From an uncultured virus (IMG/VR IMGVR_UViG_3300031759_000004) (lineage: Duplodnaviria > Heunggongvirae > Uroviricota > Caudoviricetes), in IMG/VR virus record IMGVR_UViG_3300031759_000004, positions 1-64,000 of that record: a DNA stretch of 64,000 nucleotides, one strand, 5' to 3'. Each line of letters opens with the position of its first letter. The first letter of the stretch is position 1. The notes under the pieces are model-generated. The model was not told the DNA's origin. It ran no database searches and saw only the letters and a program-made list of their open reading frames with translations. The position numbers and the translations under genes are program-made. Below, one piece after another: positions 45,407 to 53,227 of this stretch.

Positions 45407-45883
45407 TTAGCCGCCCACGCCGGAGACAGGGTCACCCCCAACGCCGGAGATGGCGTCGCCGCCCACGCCCATGAGCGTGCCGCTGCCGCCACTGCCACCG
45501 CCGCCGCCACTGCTGCCGTCGGTTGCCTTTACCACGTAATGCACCGGCTGCCCGATTTTATCGCTGGTCACGGCGCTGCCGGTGGTGACGGTTTCGACGG
45601 GAATCACAGTGACCGGCTGGTCCGCCTTGGCGGAGGTGGTGACGGGCACCGGGCTGCCGGAGCTGGCCGGGATGATAAACACCGGCATGCGCACCTGGGT
45701 CGAGGTGGGCGGAGTGTCTACAAACGTCGGGGTGTTGCTGTAGTCGGCTTTGGTCTTGTCCGGAATGTACGTTACAGGCTGGTCCGCCCTGGAGCTGGTG
45801 ATGTCAGTCGCCTCCACGGTCAGACAAAGGTCTGTGATCGCGGTGACGTTCATTCCTACCTGGCTCGATGCGGGTGCTGCCAT
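45407..45883 (-). CDS. Thr/Pro-rich hypothetical protein with internal (AD)QPVxxIP repeats
   Basis: ADQPVTYIP, ADQPVTVIP, GQPVHYV; GTATTTA upstream. Confidence 0.7.
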   Translation of the reverse strand: MAAPASSQVGMNVTAITDLCLTVEATDITSSRADQPVTYIPDKTKADYSNTPTFVDTPPTSTQVRMPVFIIPASSGSPVPVTTSAKADQPVTVIPVETVTTGSAVTSDKIGQPVHYVVKATDGSSGGGGGSGGSGTLMGVGGDAISGVGGDPVSGVGG

Positions 45884-45886
45884 GCC

Positions 45887-46477
45887 CTAAATACGCGTAG
45901 CCATGACCCCCCAGCGCCCGTATTCGTCGACCAGGTCAGGGCGGTCGGTCAAACTCCAGCCTTTCGTCCGCGCGTGCCAGTAAACGGCTCCGCGCACCTG
46001 TGCGCCGCGCTCTCGGTGGTCCACGTCGTCCAGGTAGATCAGGTGGCGGGTGTGCTCCAGCACCTGGGGCAGGAACTCGATGCGCTGGTCAAAGTTGCCG
46101 TAATCGTAAAAGGTGGCGTCCACCGGCTGGTCAAAATAGCCCGTAACGTAGGAATCCAGGGCCAGCTCGGGAGCCTGGAACTTGTCGGCCAGCCGGGCGC
46201 AAGTCTCCTTGACCAGCGCCATGTAGGCTGGATCGGAGTCGCAGGTGGTGACGTGGGGCGGAAACCACAGGCGCAGCAGGGCCGAGGAAACGCCCGAGCC
46301 AGCGTCCAGGATGCGTCCGCTTGGCCGGGCCAGGACGGCGGCTTTGAAGCCCAGGAGCGCCTCCAGGCTGGCGGCAAATCCGTTGGGCCTGCCTGTGACC
46401 TCAAACTGCTCGTTGGGTCCGGAGACCTCGCGAAAGGTCTTGAAAAACTCGGTGTAGACTTCGGCGGCGTTTAACAT
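45887..46477 (-). CDS. Class I SAM-dependent methyltransferase-like protein
   Basis: ILDAGSGVSS; start MLNAAE 7 nt behind GTTCT. Confidence 0.7.
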   Translation of the reverse strand: MLNAAEVYTEFFKTFREVSGPNEQFEVTGRPNGFAASLEALLGFKAAVLARPSGRILDAGSGVSSALLRLWFPPHVTTCDSDPAYMALVKETCARLADKFQAPELALDSYVTGYFDQPVDATFYDYGNFDQRIEFLPQVLEHTRHLIYLDDVDHRERGAQVRGAVYWHARTKGWSLTDRPDLVDEYGRWGVMATRI

Positions 46478-46482
46478 GCCCG

Positions 46483-47124
46483 TTAGAACTGAAAACCCAG
46501 CTGGGCCGCCAGGTAGTCCGGGTCCCAGAATTCCTGCTGCGGGCTGGACCTGATCCAGTGCAGTTTTTTCCAGGTTATCCACAAGACCGCCTGCATCTGG
46601 CAGGGCAGCAACTTTCGCTCGGCGGCCACCTGGCGCACCCCTTCGGCCACCCGGTCGTAGTCCCGGGTCACGCCGCGCAGGCCCACCAGGTTGGCCCGCG
46701 TGCCGCGCCAGCAGTTGACCATGTGGCCGTCGATGGTGACGGGCAACGGATCGGTCGGGTCGTTGACATTCAGAAAGAAATTACGGGTCTTTTTGGCGAC
46801 GATCAGGTCGAGCGGCTCGGCTCCCTGGGCGATGGTCCAGGCTTTGCGCTTGTTGTTGTTGCCATACGTATGCACGGTAAACTGTTCCGCCGTCAGCCCG
46901 GCGGCCACGCTTCGCAGCAGGGTGTCCGTGTCCCGCAGGTTGCCGTGGTAGTTGTTGTTGGGCGAAAGCGCGGCGAAAACCGCCGCGCCGGTGCGGGGGC
47001 TGAAGCCGTGCTTGCGGGCAATCTGCGCCGTCAGCCGCTGGTATTTAGGGTAGGCACCCGCCGCCTCCTGGATCAAAGGCTCCGGGGCGAGGGCGGCTAT
47101 TTTTCTGAGGTTGTCTACGCTCAT
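46483..47124 (-). CDS. Phage hypothetical protein resembling HhH DNA-glycosylase folds
   Basis: AALSPN, KTRNFF, VTIDGH, QMQAVLW. Confidence 0.6.
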   Translation of the reverse strand: MSVDNLRKIAALAPEPLIQEAAGAYPKYQRLTAQIARKHGFSPRTGAAVFAALSPNNNYHGNLRDTDTLLRSVAAGLTAEQFTVHTYGNNNKRKAWTIAQGAEPLDLIVAKKTRNFFLNVNDPTDPLPVTIDGHMVNCWRGTRANLVGLRGVTRDYDRVAEGVRQVAAERKLLPCQMQAVLWITWKKLHWIRSSPQQEFWDPDYLAAQLGFQF

Positions 47125-47160
47125 GCGGGCTAGAACTCAATTTCAGAGTAAATTTTAAGG

Positions 47161-47189
47161 TTGACGGACGTTTTAAGTCGGTTTACGGT
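47161..47189 (+). promoter_or_regulatory. Sigma70-like promoter TTGACG-17-TACGGT
   Basis: ATG 8 nt after the -10 box. Confidence 0.7.
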
Positions 47190-47197
47190 TTAACTAT

Positions 47198-47386
47198 ATG
47201 AAAAAGCAGCTTACACTCGCCGAGCAGCGCCAGCTCGCCCAGGCCAAGCAGGCGCGCACCCTGGACGAGGCCATCGAGGCGACGCCCAAATCCGCCTTGG
47301 AACAGCTCACTGAAATTGACCCGGCGCACCCGGAAGAGGGCGTGGCGGGCGACCTGTTTGACTCGCCGCTGTTTGCCGGTAATTAA
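47198..47386 (+). CDS. Small protein with an acidic C-terminus
   Basis: ORF directly behind the promoter. Confidence 0.6.
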   Translation: MKKQLTLAEQRQLAQAKQARTLDEAIEATPKSALEQLTEIDPAHPEEGVAGDLFDSPLFAGN

Positions 47387-47390
47387 GTCA

Positions 47391-47798
47391 ATGACTGCCG
47401 ATAAAATCGTCACCTGCCTGCTGGAAGACAACTGGAAGGGCAAGCGATCTGCGCCCCAGCCTGCGCCCCAGCCTGCGCCCCGGAGCAGCGTGGTGGCCAA
47501 CAAGCACGCCAAGCGCAACCACAAGTTCGACAAGCTGTGCTGCGCGCTGCCGGGTGAAATTCAGAACCTGGCGCGAGAAGTCTACAACGCGTGGCGCACG
47601 ACTCCTTTCGCCCCGGAGCTGGAGTTCAAAAAGCTACAGCGCAACGACGCCTTCTGGTCCATTCGGATCGGGCGAGCCTACCGCGCGATCTGCTATAATG
47701 CCGACACCATGTGGATTTGGTGCTGGATCGGCACCCACGAGGAATACAACAAGGTGCTCAACCAGGTGGCCAGCTGGAAGCCACCGATGCTGCCGTGA
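47391..47798 (+). CDS. RelE/ParE-like toxin-fold protein with an N-terminal LLE tag
   Basis: LEFKKL...WSIRIGRAYRAI...WIGTHEEYNK; MTADKIVTCLLED start. Confidence 0.8.
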   Translation: MTADKIVTCLLEDNWKGKRSAPQPAPQPAPRSSVVANKHAKRNHKFDKLCCALPGEIQNLAREVYNAWRTTPFAPELEFKKLQRNDAFWSIRIGRAYRAICYNADTMWIWCWIGTHEEYNKVLNQVASWKPPMLP

Positions 47799-47820
47799 TG
47801 TTCCGCGTGGAACACTGCCC

Positions 47821-48243
47821 GTGAAGACGAGCGCCGACATCGTCAGCTGGCTGCTGGAGGAGCGGACCAACACCCTGGTCAGCGTGGTGCTGGACGACCG
47901 CAGCCAGCGCGAGCTGCTCCGCCGGGTCCCGGCGCGCCACGAAAATGTATACGTCCACCACATGACGGTCGCGTTCAAGCCGGACGCGGACGTGTTCGAG
48001 CGGGAATACCTGCCCCGGCACGGCCAGCCGGTGGCGCTGACGGTCACCGGCTATGCCCTGGACAGCCAGGCGCAGGCGGTGGCGGTGGACGCATACAGTG
48101 AGAACCCGCACCCGCACATCACTATTTCCGTGGCGGACGGGGTGCTGCCGGTGTACAGCAACGAGCTGCTGGCCCGGGGCGGCTTGAAGCGCCTGCCGAG
48201 ATTTACACTGACCGGAAAGTTTACCGTGGAACCGTTGAGCTAG
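47821..48243 (+). CDS. 2H phosphoesterase with an N-terminal LLE tag
   Basis: Two HxT motifs (HHMTV, PHITI); KTSADIVSWLLEE start. Confidence 0.8.
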   Translation: MKTSADIVSWLLEERTNTLVSVVLDDRSQRELLRRVPARHENVYVHHMTVAFKPDADVFEREYLPRHGQPVALTVTGYALDSQAQAVAVDAYSENPHPHITISVADGVLPVYSNELLARGGLKRLPRFTLTGKFTVEPLS

Positions 48244-49334
48244 ACGCGGTTGATAACCCAGCTGCTGTACCAGCCGTGGCCGCTTAGGCGCGTAAGGTTA
48301 ATGTAGGTGTTGCCGCAGGCGTAAGAAATGATGATTCCCTCCATCCAGGCATGCTGGTTGTCCAGCGAAGTGATCTTAAGCTTGTCGCCAACCACGTAGG
48401 CGGACAGCTTTGATCCCACCGGCGGTGTCATCGCAAAACCAATGATTCCCATGGCGTACTGGATGCTCATTCCGGTATCGCTGTAGGCGGCATAGGTTTT
48501 GCCGCAGTAGCCGTAGCCCATCGGCAGCGGCGTGCTTTCCGGCTCGACGCCAGGCGGGAGGGCCGCGCTTTCAGCGACGGTGCCAGGCTGGAACGGGGCG
48601 CTCTTCCGACCGTTCCAGTTGATGCCCATGCTGGCGTCCGCGCTCTCCAGGTGGAAGGCGCGAACCGTCGGCAGCAGGATGCGCTTGTGGCGCGGCCAGT
48701 GGAGCGCGAACTGCACGTCCATGTTCTCCGCGCTGCCCTCTGTGTCCGGATACCGCAGGTTGTACTGGTGCATGTAGCTGGAATTCCACAGCTGGAAAAA
48801 GCCGATGGGCGTATACCCGAACTGCTTGTGGACGACGTTGGCCCCGATGGGCAGGTGGTCCGGGCTGGTGATCAGATAATTGTAGCCGAACTGGGGCGTC
48901 TCATGCAGGTCCTTGCGCAGTCTCTGCCAGGTGGCCCAGCCTCTCACGTTGGCGCGCTCGCAGCCGTAGATGCAGTCCGGTTGCAACCCCGATTTGTCGA
49001 TCATGTTCCGGAACGTAACCGGCAGCACGATGTCGGCGTCCATCTGGATGATCCAGCCGCGCTGGCGCAGCCGGGCGATGCCGACGTTGATGGCGGCTCC
49101 CTTGTTTAGGGTGTCGCCTTTTTCGGTGAAAGCATCGGAGACCACGCACTCGACCGACCACTTGGCGCAGACGCTTCGTGTGTGCTCGTCGGCGTGGGGC
49201 GTGACCACGACCACCCGGTCCAGGTGGGCCAGGTTGTAGGGCAGCGTTTCCTGGAGGAAATCGCCATAGTTGGCGCAAACAATGACCGCTTCGAGCCGGT
49301 TATCGTACTTCTTGGTAGTGTCGACGTATGACAT
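48240..49334 (-). CDS. GT-A (GT2-like) glycosyltransferase fused to a collagen-fibre-type beta domain
   Basis: NKGAAIN, DAD (MDADIVL), GFFQLW; C-terminal AYVVG...WMEGII.SY...W. Confidence 0.85.
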   Translation of the reverse strand: MSYVDTTKKYDNRLEAVIVCANYGDFLQETLPYNLAHLDRVVVVTPHADEHTRSVCAKWSVECVVSDAFTEKGDTLNKGAAINVGIARLRQRGWIIQMDADIVLPVTFRNMIDKSGLQPDCIYGCERANVRGWATWQRLRKDLHETPQFGYNYLITSPDHLPIGANVVHKQFGYTPIGFFQLWNSSYMHQYNLRYPDTEGSAENMDVQFALHWPRHKRILLPTVRAFHLESADASMGINWNGRKSAPFQPGTVAESAALPPGVEPESTPLPMGYGYCGKTYAAYSDTGMSIQYAMGIIGFAMTPPVGSKLSAYVVGDKLKITSLDNQHAWMEGIIISYACGNTYINLTRLSGHGWYSSWVINRV

Positions 49335-49384
49335 ATTTATGGATAGAACAGGATCAGGGCCGCAACATTGTTTGTATTTTAATG

Positions 49385-49414
49385 TTGACGGCGGTACCGG
49401 TCATTGTATACATT
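49385..49414 (+). promoter_or_regulatory. Sigma70-like promoter TTGACG-18-TACATT
   Basis: ATG 6 nt after the -10 box. Confidence 0.7.
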
Positions 49415-49420
49415 AGGGCC

Positions 49421-49615
49421 ATGAAAAACAAGAACGAGCGGATCAACGGCAACCTGGAGCGCCAAGCGGGGCGCTGGGTGGTGCGCAGCGGCTACGGTAC
49501 CTTTCCACTGGTGCCGGGGTTGCAGAACAAACCGGAGACGGAGGGCGAGGTGGAGGCCACCGTGCGCCTGGGCGAGGTGGTCGACTACCATTTTTGCCTG
49601 GAGCTGAAGGCGTAA
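49421..49615 (+). CDS. Small hypothetical protein
   Basis: MKNKNE start behind the promoter. Confidence 0.6.
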   Translation: MKNKNERINGNLERQAGRWVVRSGYGTFPLVPGLQNKPETEGEVEATVRLGEVVDYHFCLELKA

Positions 49616-49623
49616 TTATGAGC

Positions 49624-50127
49624 ATGGACAATTCAAAGGCCGAGCAGGTCGTCACGAAGATGCTGGAGAACGAGCCGCTAAACCCGGATCGCTACCACAA
49701 GTTAGACCGGGCGCGCAAGTCGTTTACCGATCTGCGGAACCTGCGCCGCAAGGCCCTGGAGATCGACCAGCAGCTGGGCCAGTGCATCGACCTGGAGCGC
49801 ATGCTGGCCTACCACGGACTGGAACGGTCGGACGTGGCCCGGTATATCCCGGGTGAGGCGGTCGGATCGACGGACAACTACCGGATGAAAGTTGCCGCGC
49901 GGATTTGCAACCACGAGGGCTGGTGCCGGTTATCCGCTCGGCGGATTGTGCCAGCGGACTGGGGCGACACCTGCCCTGAATGTCAGAATCCAATCGTCGA
50001 CGGCGAAGTGCCGGTGGTGGGTAGCGACTTGCGCAAGACATACGCCCGCCACCTTGTTGGCGTCGAGCTGAAGGACGGGCGTAAGGTTTTCTTCAAGGAG
50101 ATGATCCTGCCGAAGCACCAGTACTGA
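49624..50127 (+). CDS. Tagged hypothetical protein (KAEQVVTKMLEN) with Cys motifs
   Basis: GTAATTA 5 nt upstream. Confidence 0.7.
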   Translation: MDNSKAEQVVTKMLENEPLNPDRYHKLDRARKSFTDLRNLRRKALEIDQQLGQCIDLERMLAYHGLERSDVARYIPGEAVGSTDNYRMKVAARICNHEGWCRLSARRIVPADWGDTCPECQNPIVDGEVPVVGSDLRKTYARHLVGVELKDGRKVFFKEMILPKHQY

Positions 50128-50128
50128 T

Positions 50129-50383
50129 ATGGCCGCCAGCAAGCCAGTTCAGCAGGTGGTCAATGGCGGCGCTCCGCGCTTGACCTGGGTTTTTGAGGAC
50201 GGTACGCACGACCCGTTTTACGCGGTCTACGTGGACGGCAAGCTGGTGGCGACGAATCCGCGCAGCGACCTCAACCACGTGCTGGACGCTTTGGGCGTGC
50301 CCCAGGAAACTGTTTACGTGCCCAGGGGTTTTTCAGGTGACTTTCCACAGCTTTTGACGGCGCTAAAGACCTACACCAAATGA
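50129..50383 (+). CDS. Hypothetical protein
   Basis: Coupled ORF. Confidence 0.6.
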   Translation: MAASKPVQQVVNGGAPRLTWVFEDGTHDPFYAVYVDGKLVATNPRSDLNHVLDALGVPQETVYVPRGFSGDFPQLLTALKTYTK

Positions 50384-50700
50384 GCCGAGCCAGGCAGCTG
50401 ATCCAGGAGATGGACGTAGACGATCCGTCGCAGTACCTTAACCGGGCATACTCCGCGCGTCTGCTGTACTGCTACAGTTGCAATAGCGACTTGCGCCAGC
50501 CGGGAGCGGTTAACCGCACCTATCGCTGGGCCTGGAAAAGCAGCCCTAAGACTGTGGGCGGTCACTACGACTTTTTTACAGGTCAGTTCGTGCCGGACCA
50601 GGAAGTCGAGCTGCCTGTGCCGGGTCGGTACTGCCAAGACAACAGCGACAAATGCTCAGGTTGTGGCGACACCCTGGACGTACCGGCGCGTCAGTCTTAG
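50380..50700 (+). CDS. Tagged Zn-ribbon protein (RARQLIQEMDVDDP)
   Basis: CYSC...CSGC. Confidence 0.65.
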   Translation: MSRARQLIQEMDVDDPSQYLNRAYSARLLYCYSCNSDLRQPGAVNRTYRWAWKSSPKTVGGHYDFFTGQFVPDQEVELPVPGRYCQDNSDKCSGCGDTLDVPARQS

Positions 50701-50710
50701 CGTTCTTCGT

Positions 50711-50821
50711 GCCTGCTGGCTGGGTAGAGCGCGCAAGTAAACTTCCCCTAAGTGGTCACGCCTGGGGATGAAGGCAAATCGTGAATTCTCCTTCCTTGCG
50801 CGTTCTACCCGGCCCGCAGGC
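50711..50821 (+). ncRNA. Orphan structured RNA: long closing stem, three-way junction, kissing loops
   Basis: GCCTGCTGGCTGGGTAGAGCGCGCAAG pairs with CTTGCGCGTTCTACCCGGCCCGCAGGC (G-U pairs on +); inner hairpins TCCCC/GGGGA and GAAGG/CCTTC with complementary loop segments TCACG/CGTGA. Confidence 0.7.
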
Positions 50822-51273
50822 TACTCCAGCCTGCGTTCCAGCCGGTTCCCGTTAATCTCCAGGTCGTTGAAGTTCGCCCGTGCGATCTCCACGGCGGCCT
50901 TGGCCGCCTGCATGAAGTTCAAATGCTGGGCGTAGGTGAACAGCGCGCGGCGGTTCTGGTCGTAGACGTTTACGGAATGCCTGCGGGCGTACTCGCTGGC
51001 GCTGCCGGTCTCGATGTTGACCAAGACCAGCCCGAAGTTGGGCGTGTCCACGTACCGGTACCAGGCTCCGTCGCTGGGATCGGCCAGGTCCGGGTTGTAG
51101 GGGATGTCCTCGTCCGCCATGAACGTGGAGTCGTACTGAAAACCCGCCTTTCGCAGCAGCTCGGTGGCCTGCTGCTTGGGCGACGGCATGCGCCGTAGAA
51201 ACTGCTCGGGATCGTCTAAGCGGTTTTCCGAGCCATCTTCCAGTAATCGACGGACAAGGACGGCGGCGTTCAC
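50821..51273 (-). CDS. Tagged hypothetical protein (NAAVLVRRLLEDG...DDP)
   Basis: GTG start overlapping the protease stop (GTGA). Confidence 0.7.
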   Translation of the reverse strand: MNAAVLVRRLLEDGSENRLDDPEQFLRRMPSPKQQATELLRKAGFQYDSTFMADEDIPYNPDLADPSDGAWYRYVDTPNFGLVLVNIETGSASEYARRHSVNVYDQNRRALFTYAQHLNFMQAAKAAVEIARANFNDLEINGNRLERRLE

Positions 51274-52055
51274 GGAACGGCGGACGGCGTGATCGCGTGG
51301 ACCATCCAGAAGTCGCTGGCTAGGTCCGGGTTTAGCACGTACTCCCAGGGAATCTGAAAGAAGCCGTTCTGGCCCCAATCCGCGCCCCAGCTGTTCATGA
51401 TCAGCACATTGACGGGATCGTAGCCGACAATGAGCACCGCGTGGCCGCCCACCGCCTGCTCGTCCGGCCCAGGCATGGCCACGATGCCGCTGGCGGCCAC
51501 CGCGTCGGACTCGAAGGAGTCGTACAGCGTCAGCCCGACCGTGACCGGGAAACCGTCGGACAGGCAGCCTTTGATGGCGTCCGCCGTCTGGTTCACGCTG
51601 CGGTAGACCTTGGCCTCGTGGCGCTGGGCGTCGGTATAGCAAATCTGCGGCGGCGTCACGCTGAACAGTTCCGGATGGTACGGCCACAGGTTCTCCAGGC
51701 ACACACCCTGATTGACGATGGTCTTGATGCCGGTGCGCAGAGACGCGCCCGCGTCCTCGCCAACGGTTCCCTCCACCTTGCGCTCGTTGAAGTAGATGAA
51801 CAGGCGCGAGGGCAGGAACGAGATGCCGGTCTGCTTTTTGTCGACGAAGTAAAACAGCTCGGACAGCGAGTTCGCCGTGCAGGAACCAAGGTCGCCCTGG
51901 TCGAACACCGGCGGCAGGAAGCCGGTGGTGCGCAGGTCCACGTTGTCCAGGATGGGGTTGGGAATGGCGTCTTTAAGCGCCACGCCGCGCGTGAACTTGA
52001 AGTCGCGGAAATCCGGTAGATCGGGCCGCCAGCCGTACCATTTGTTCGTAATCAT
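51270..52055 (-). CDS. Papain-like (C1A) cysteine peptidase
   Basis: QGDLGSCTA, GGHAV, NSWG. Confidence 0.92.
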   Translation of the reverse strand: MITNKWYGWRPDLPDFRDFKFTRGVALKDAIPNPILDNVDLRTTGFLPPVFDQGDLGSCTANSLSELFYFVDKKQTGISFLPSRLFIYFNERKVEGTVGEDAGASLRTGIKTIVNQGVCLENLWPYHPELFSVTPPQICYTDAQRHEAKVYRSVNQTADAIKGCLSDGFPVTVGLTLYDSFESDAVAASGIVAMPGPDEQAVGGHAVLIVGYDPVNVLIMNSWGADWGQNGFFQIPWEYVLNPDLASDFWMVHAITPSAVP

Positions 52056-52078
52056 GTCTTAAATACGTAGTTAACGGC

Positions 52079-52585
52079 GTGAACGCACACGGACTTGTGA
52101 ACGCCCTGCTGGAAGCGCCGGGGGCGGACGATTTTGACCTGGACCAGTACGCCGCAGGCGCGCTCAACCGGCAGAGCTGGGAAGCGCCAAATCCGGAAAA
52201 GCACCTGTGGATCGAAGCACTGAAGCCGCTAGGCTTTCAAGCCTACCAGGGAAAATACAAAGACCACGGCCAGATCATTCGCTACTGGGCGGCGGCGAAA
52301 GAATTAAAAATGGTCAGCGGCCAGGACCTGAGCCTGGTGGCCTCGGCGTACAAGGACGGCAATGTCGGCCTGACGATTTACCACCAGCAGCACAACGGCA
52401 GAACACCGCTGGGAGTCTGGACCAGCCGACCGCTGACGCTTGCCGAGCTGCCGCAGGCGACGCGCACGATCATCGACCGGGCGCAGAAAGCGGAGGTGTA
52501 CATTGGCTTTAGCAGCACGTACGACGAACGCGACGCCCTCCAGCAGGCGCTGGGCGAATACTCGTTGATTTACCCGCTGGCGTGA
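52079..52585 (+). CDS. Tagged hypothetical protein (NAHGLVNALLEA...DDFD)
   Basis: GTAGTTA 5 nt upstream. Confidence 0.7.
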   Translation: MNAHGLVNALLEAPGADDFDLDQYAAGALNRQSWEAPNPEKHLWIEALKPLGFQAYQGKYKDHGQIIRYWAAAKELKMVSGQDLSLVASAYKDGNVGLTIYHQQHNGRTPLGVWTSRPLTLAELPQATRTIIDRAQKAEVYIGFSSTYDERDALQQALGEYSLIYPLA

Positions 52586-52611
52586 GCCGGAAAAATTCTT
52601 AAAATAAAATG

Positions 52612-52640
52612 TTGACTGGAATTCAAACTTCGTCTACGCT
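52612..52640 (+). promoter_or_regulatory. Sigma70-like promoter TTGACT-17-TACGCT upstream of the Y RNA/tRNA cluster
   Basis: Consensus-like boxes plus a GTTCT motif at 52648. Confidence 0.75.
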
Positions 52641-52656
52641 TTCTTCAGTTCTTTGA

Positions 52657-52903
52657 ACCGGGCCGCAGTGAATCGGTTACCATGAAACGAACAACCAGCA
52701 AATCGCTGGGTGCGACAACCGGCATAACCCGTTAATTTGTCGCAGCGCTCGTCCAGGGCAACCTGGTAGGTAATGCCCAGTCAGCCAACCGCCGAAGCGA
52801 CGGTAATTGCAGGCGGAAATGGGCTGGGCTAAGCTATCAGAGCTTCGTGAGAAGTTTTGAGAGGGTAAAGACCCGAACCTCCGATTTGCAATTTTTGTCC
52901 GGT
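52657..52903 (+). ncRNA. Large Y RNA-like RNA (~247 nt) with a multi-hairpin insert
   Basis: ACCGGGC-C-G / TTGTCCGGT bulged terminal stem, GTGAATCGG/CCGATTTGC upper stem, GGTTAC motif; same frame as the adjacent Y RNAs. Confidence 0.7.
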
Positions 52904-52920
52904 CTCAGGGGATTTTTAAT

Positions 52921-52994
52921 GGGCTGGTGGTTGACGTGATGGCCGAAAGCCAGCGTCGCCAACCTTCGCAGTCGCAAGGCTGCCCAGCCCACCA
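52921..52994 (+). ncRNA. tRNA-like RNA with a 7-bp acceptor stem and ACCA end but no canonical D, T or anticodon loops
   Basis: GGGCTGG/CCAGCCC-ACCA; GCAGTC-GCAA-GGCTGC in the T-arm position; long GGTTG..CAACC arm. Confidence 0.55.
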
Positions 52995-52998
52995 TGAG

Positions 52999-53072
52999 CG
53001 CGGGTTGGTGTACAGAGCACGACTGGCTCATAACCAGTAGGATGGTAGGTTCAACTCCTCCACCCGCAACCA
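52999..53072 (+). tRNA. tRNA-Met(CAU), initiator-like
   Basis: CGCGGGT/ACCCGCA with C1:A72 mismatch, ACCA end; ACTGG-CTCATAA-CCAGT; TTCAACT T-loop; D-loop lacks GG. Confidence 0.85.
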
Positions 53073-53077
53073 ATTTT

Positions 53078-53138
53078 GTCGGGCCGAACGTCGAGGGTTA
53101 TCTTTGAATGAACACCCCTCGGCAATTACTTGTCCGAC
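53078..53138 (+). ncRNA. Minimal Y RNA
   Basis: GTCGGGC-C-GAA / CTTGTCCGAC Ro-binding bulged helix, GTCGAGGG/CCCTCGGC stem, GGTTATC motif, U-rich tail. Confidence 0.85.
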
Positions 53139-53156
53139 TTTTAATTTTGACATTTT

Positions 53157-53217
53157 ATCGGGCCGAAGACCCAGGGTTATCTTTCCAAAATCACCCTGAG
53201 TCAAACACTTGTCCGAT
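53157..53217 (+). ncRNA. Minimal Y RNA (second copy, compensatory changes)
   Basis: ATCGGGC-C-GAA / CTTGTCCGAT, GACCCAGGG/CCCTGAGTC, GGTTATC. Confidence 0.85.
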
Positions 53218-53227
53218 TTTTAATTTT

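Noticed and set aside
50711..50821. Hammerhead ribozyme or intrinsic terminator
   Set aside because: No CUGANGA/GAAA core on either strand and no U-tract
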